Assembly (NCBI GenBank): GCA_965215505.1
Contig: OZ244065.1
Span: 1,088,001 to 1,152,000, forward strand
Reading direction: 5' to 3'
Source: Capsulimonadaceae bacterium
GTDB taxonomy: Bacteria; Armatimonadota; Armatimonadia; Armatimonadales; Capsulimonadaceae
DNA: 64,000 bases
In this document: positions 57,322 through 64,000 of the stretch, piece by piece
Numbering within the stretch: the stretch's first letter is position 1
Layout: every line of letters begins with the position of its first letter
Translations under genes and position numbers: made by a program
Notes under the pieces: model-generated
Databases searched by the model: none
What the model was told of the DNA's origin: nothing
The model's input: the letters and a program-made list of their open reading frames with translations, nothing else

Positions 57322-58251
57322 TCAGGTTTCGTGCCTTTTTCCCGCAGAGATCGCGGATGCGGCGATTCCGATCAGATGCGGCGTCCATTCCGCCCGGCCA
57401 AGCCCGTCCAGGTACAGGGCGATTAAAAGGGCCTGGTAGGCTTCCCATATACAGAGGACATGGGCGGTTCCGGCGTCCAGCGGTCTGCCTCCGAGGTAGC
57501 CGTCCAGCAGGGGCGGCAGCAGGTCGTCATGCCACCCGCCTTTCCAGGCTTTCACGCCGAACAGGAACTGCCCCAGGTCGGCGTGCGGCCAGGTCGCCCC
57601 GCCGTCGCGCCAGTCAACGACCGCGAACGTGGGGCCACCGTCGGTGATGACTTCCACCCCGCCCCGGTGCCCGAAGGCCGTCGGGGGCGGGGTCATCAAA
57701 ACCCGCGCCTCCTGGAAGATGCGCTCGAAGTCGTCGCAGCAGAGGGCGTGCTGGCGCAAGGCGAAGTGCTGCCGCTCCCACCACACGTCCAGGGCGTTCT
57801 CCTGCGCCTCCTCGGTGCCAGCGCCGCCGGGGACGCTGCCTAGGGGAATGGAAGCGAGGCCCGCGATGAACCTGCCGATGCGGTCGAACGTGCGGAAGGC
57901 GCTGCGGGGGTCGCACCGGTAGATGTCTTCGAAGCTCTGCCCGACGATCAGGGGCATGGCGGTGAAGGGGCACGGGGCTTGGGGATGGTCTTCCTGCGTG
58001 AACTCGATTCGCGGCACTTCCAGGCCCAGACCCAGCAAGGCGCGCATGACGGCCTGTTCGTCGGTGACAAAGTGCGCGTACTCGTTGGGGACTTTGAGCG
58101 TCTTGTCGGGCCGTGCACCGGCGAAGTCCAGGCGGTAGACACGGCTCTCCTCGGAGTGGAATCGGTGCAGGGCGGGCGTCGGGCCATACAGGGCCGCACC
58201 GATCCCTTGAACGGCGGCCTCACTGATCGGTTCCGTCTTCGGGTGTGTCAT
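57322..58251 (-). CDS. Aminoglycoside phosphotransferase (APH)-like protein
   Basis: LK...E..VM..L...G..VP and VVDW; the catalytic-loop motif is degenerate. Confidence 0.65.
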   Translation of the reverse strand: MTHPKTEPISEAAVQGIGAALYGPTPALHRFHSEESRVYRLDFAGARPDKTLKVPNEYAHFVTDEQAVMRALLGLGLEVPRIEFTQEDHPQAPCPFTAMPLIVGQSFEDIYRCDPRSAFRTFDRIGRFIAGLASIPLGSVPGGAGTEEAQENALDVWWERQHFALRQHALCCDDFERIFQEARVLMTPPPTAFGHRGGVEVITDGGPTFAVVDWRDGGATWPHADLGQFLFGVKAWKGGWHDDLLPPLLDGYLGGRPLDAGTAHVLCIWEAYQALLIALYLDGLGRAEWTPHLIGIAASAISAGKRHET

Positions 58252-58443
58252 GCGTCATCCCCTTGATTGTGTCAGGCTCCCCCACCCCGCCGACCCGCAC
58301 GGGGTACGCCGAGCCTGCGGCCGTGCTGCCATTCTAGCACATGGGCGCGGCAAAAGTTCCGCTGCCGCTCGGTGCCGGCGGGGCATTTTGAGGATTATTC
58401 GTGGTACTATAAGAAAACTTCCAGTTCAGGAGACGAGCGACTG

Positions 58444-58701
58444 ATGCGCCTTCGCGCCTGGTTCTTTTTTGTCGTCGGGCGCTTCGCCGCCGTGATGCTC
58501 CTCGCGTTCGCGCTGTGGCTCGGCCTGAACCTGCTTTTCCCGCCCCACCGCGTCAACTGGCCCAAGGCGCTCGACCAGGCCCTGTCGTCGTCAGTCGTCT
58601 TCCTGATCAGCGATGCCCTCCAGAAGCGTGTGCGGAGATGGTTCCAAGTTCGAGAAAATGTTGTAGAGGAGAAAAGCCATGTGGGTTGTTACGACCGATG
58701 A
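58444..58701 (+). CDS. Small membrane protein
   Basis: AGGAG RBS; two hydrophobic segments. Confidence 0.45.
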   Translation: MRLRAWFFFVVGRFAAVMLLAFALWLGLNLLFPPHRVNWPKALDQALSSSVVFLISDALQKRVRRWFQVRENVVEEKSHVGCYDR

Positions 58702-58996
58702 CCGGACCGTGAATATCGAGGGGGCCACCGAGATCACGGTCCAAACCAATTATTATGCGGAAGCGTTTATTGACCCTGCCGACAGCGCGCGGGACGCCCT
58801 CGACTCGGACGAGATCGAGAACTTCGAGGTCTGCGCCGAGCTGTCCTCGGGGGAGCGCGTCGTTCTTGCTCGGGTGGCGTGTGAGCCGGCCGACACGCCG
58901 GCGAAGGTCCAGGACTGCGCGCGGCCTTATGTCGCAAAGATCCGCCATGCCCTCGCGAGCGGCTTCGGGCTTTGCGATCTGAAGTCGGTGGAATAG
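58679..58996 (+). CDS. Hypothetical protein
   Basis: GAGGAG RBS; typical high-GC codon usage. Confidence 0.6.
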   Translation: MWVVTTDDRTVNIEGATEITVQTNYYAEAFIDPADSARDALDSDEIENFEVCAELSSGERVVLARVACEPADTPAKVQDCARPYVAKIRHALASGFGLCDLKSVE

Positions 58997-59211
58997 CTCC
59001 GTCCGACCTGAGCAGGATCAAGTGGGTCCCGGCCCTGACGGGCCGGTCCAGGGTTTTATTGGGGTATTCCCGGCTTCGCCGGTGGGCCGCCCGCTTCGGG
59101 GCTTCGGATGTTGTTGCCGGACAACGCTGCCGGGCGGCGGCGCTTGGGCCTCGTTGGGGCAACGCTCGCCGTACCCTCCCCCGCATGCCTAAAGATTAGC
59201 CTCTAATACCA

Positions 59212-59240
59212 TTGACTTATTCCAGAAAAGGGGCTATAAT
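59212..59240 (+). promoter_or_regulatory. furA promoter TTGACT-17-TATAAT with a FurA-type operator
   Basis: TTGACTTATTCCAGAAAAGGGGCTATAAT; ATG 8 nt after the -10. Confidence 0.8.
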
Positions 59241-59248
59241 CAGGTTCC

Positions 59249-62010
<2,762 letters not shown>

Positions 62011-62039
62011 GCGGCGTCGGCGGGGCGATGCAGCAAACG

Positions 62040-62072
62040 GCCGCCCAGGATTATCGTCCTGGGCGGCTTTTT
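62040..62072 (+). terminator. Intrinsic terminator after katG
   Basis: GCCGCCCAGGA-TTATCG-TCCTGGGCGGC followed by TTTTT. Confidence 0.85.
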
Positions 62073-62202
62073 AGCTTCACGCGCGGCGGTAACTGAACAC
62101 AAGCGAGGTACAATGGCCTTGACTTAGATCCAAGGCGGTCGGTCGGGAACGTGAGCAGTGGGACGGAGGGCCTTGATGTGTCTTCCGGTGTAGAACGCTG
62201 TT

Positions 62203-62742
62203 ATGAGTGATGCCGAACGACCTGAACGTACCCGCGAACATTACATTGATGCGCTGGGTCGGAACCACGTCGAACGATTTATTCTCCTTCGCGGTCATGC
62301 CGCCGACGAGCCAAAGCCGGACTATGGCTATGACATCGTCATCACGACGTTCGACTACAAAGGGAGTGCTGATTTCAGGAGCGGCGAGGTTGAAAATGGG
62401 TCGGTCTATGTGCAGCTCAAATCGACCGATAAGTTGAAGGTCGGGAAGAAAGACAGCACAAGAATTTCGTTTTCCATCAAGCGCCGCCATGCGGTATATT
62501 GGATCGGTGAGCCACTGCCCGTTGTGTTGATCGTCTACTCCGTGCCTGATGGGAAGGCGTACTGGCTCCACATGCAGCCCTACCTGAAGTCAGATCTTTT
62601 TGTGATGCCGCCTTCGTCGCAGGAGGAGATCATGGTCTATCTCTAGACAAACAACATCGTGGATGAGGCCGCCATCGAAACTTTCCGGGAGTACAAGGCG
62701 AGTGTGCTTAGGCTGATCGAGGGGATGAATCTCTATGGCTAA
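62203..62742 (+). pseudogene. DUF4365 (PD-(D/E)xK-like) protein with an in-frame TAG at 62644-62646
   Basis: DYGYD...VYVQLKST and PVVLIVY...AYW; the frame stays open for 31 codons after the TAG until TAA at 62740-62742. Confidence 0.7.
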
Positions 62743-63145
62743 GGTTTTCAGAAAATCTGGCCGGGTCACCTACAGCCGACTCGAAAAGGTTCTCACCACG
62801 TTGGGGTTTGTTCGCAAAGAAACGGACGGTTTCACCGCATACCGTGAGGCGGAACATGACGCTCTGATCGTTCTGCCTAGGATGAGTGCCGGCAGTGACG
62901 TGGGGGAGCCTCACCTTGTGACCGTTCGCAACACGGTCACCGGCAAGGGCATCGCATCGCTCGGCAGGTTCCAGATGCTGCTCGCCGGCCTCCATGTCAA
63001 GCCTGTCGCGGGCGGATTGAGAACACGCACCCCCCGGCATCGCGAAGCCTTCATGAAGCCGCACAAACCGGGCTTGAAAGTGCGCGATCAGCAGCCAGCG
63101 CGAGTTGAGAGAGCTTACAAGAAATACGCGATCAAGAAGCACTAG
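62735..63145 (+). CDS. HicA-like fold hypothetical protein with a basic tail
   Basis: VTYSRLEKVLTTLGF...IVLP...V...HL..VR pattern; GAGGGG RBS. Confidence 0.5.
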   Translation: MAKVFRKSGRVTYSRLEKVLTTLGFVRKETDGFTAYREAEHDALIVLPRMSAGSDVGEPHLVTVRNTVTGKGIASLGRFQMLLAGLHVKPVAGGLRTRTPRHREAFMKPHKPGLKVRDQQPARVERAYKKYAIKKH

Positions 63146-63327
63146 TCGCCCGTTTCGGGCGGAGAGTGTCCTCGGAGGCTCTCGCAGGAGACTTCAGCGC
63201 GGACCCGTGAGAGTAGGAAGCAGAGGGCATGGCAACGGGAGTGATTCCGTCGCTGTGCCCTCTTTTTCTGTCATGCCTACTGCGCGAACAAAGCGCCGGA
63301 GGTTAAGATTCCGGCACAGCCGTGGCC

Positions 63328-64000
63328 TCACGCGGGGCCGAAATCCACGGAAATGCGCTCCCCCGCTTCGGCGGAGCGCCGGGCGGCGTCGAGGATGCCG
63401 ATGGCGCGGCGGGCTTCGGGCAGTCTGACCAGCGGCGACGCGCCCCGCGTCAGAACGTCGGCCAGGTTCTTGTAGAAGTCGCGCCAGCGGCCGGGGACGC
63501 GCATCACTTCCTCTTCGGCCCCTGCACCTTTGAGGCGGGCGGCGTGCGCGGGGTCAGGGCATGCCGCGTCGATGTCCCCGGCCATGAGGGCGGCTTCCTG
63601 CGGGTCCATGCCGTACTGGACATAGGTGGCCTGGGTGCCGTGGGCGCAGAAGCGGGGTTTGGGGAACGCGCAGCGGCTGGACAGGTCGCAGACGGCGGTC
63701 CGGCCGCTGGCGAAGTCTATGACGATGAGGCACTCGCTGTCTGTGTCGGACTCGGGAAAGTCGCGGGGCATCCGGCAGAATACGCCAGTGATGCGCTCCG
63801 GGAACAGCAGCGCGATCTGGTCAATGAGGTGCGCCCCCAGGTCGTAGAAGCGGCCCCCGCCGAGGGCGGCCGACCCGCGCCAGCCGCCCCACGCCCCGAA
63901 CCCCTGCCAGGCCGATTCGAGCCAGCGGACGTCGCCCAGGCGGCCGTCCGCCATGCAGGCCTGAAGCGTCCGGAAATCGTCGTCCAGCCGGCGGTTCTGG
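63328..64000 (-). CDS. Gfo/Idh/MocA family oxidoreductase (5' end beyond window)
   Basis: QNRR.DDDF, GGGRFYDLGAHLIDQ and G.DPQEAAL. Confidence 0.88.
   Translation of the reverse strand, partial: QNRRLDDDFRTLQACMADGRLGDVRWLESAWQGFGAWGGWRGSAALGGGRFYDLGAHLIDQIALLFPERITGVFCRMPRDFPESDTDSECLIVIDFASGRTAVCDLSSRCAFPKPRFCAHGTQATYVQYGMDPQEAALMAGDIDAACPDPAHAARLKGAGAEEEVMRVPGRWRDFYKNLADVLTRGASPLVRLPEARRAIGILDAARRSAEAGERISVDFGPA

Noticed and set aside
62644-62646. Genome-wide stop-codon reassignment or pyrrolysine
   Set aside because: Many intact genes here end in TAG at expected positions and no pyl genes are visible

Overview
High-GC bacterial chromosomal segment. The mix of a SigH/Spo0H-type sigma factor, a tripartite TolC-RND pump and large cyclase-ATPase-TPR proteins suggests a diderm Terrabacteria lineage such as Armatimonadota (inference only). 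Core genes include hpt, a signal peptidase I homolog, sigH, rnpB, a family II pyrophosphatase, tdh-kbl, czcCBA-like genes, ubiX, purM, ECF sigma/anti-sigma/HtrA, tRNA-fMet and furA-katG. Two accessory regions are present: a decaying oxidoreductase/detox cluster after rnpB (about 7.3-20.1 kb, four damaged genes) and a signalling/defence-like region (about 28.7-37.2 kb). Best leads: (1) a signal peptidase I homolog with Cys in place of the catalytic Ser; (2) an orphan origin-like array of five 23-bp-phased iteron-like repeats next to 11-bp repeats; (3) a CRP-like box at class II position in front of a secreted-protein gene, directly downstream of a cyclase-NB-ARC-TPR gene; (4) a furA-katG module with a mycobacterial-type FurA operator; (5) two TA/defence-like gene pairs (HEPN; DUF4365 plus HicA-like); (6) several leaderless genes and a long rut-like leader. 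Family assignments come from motif recognition by eye, not database searches.
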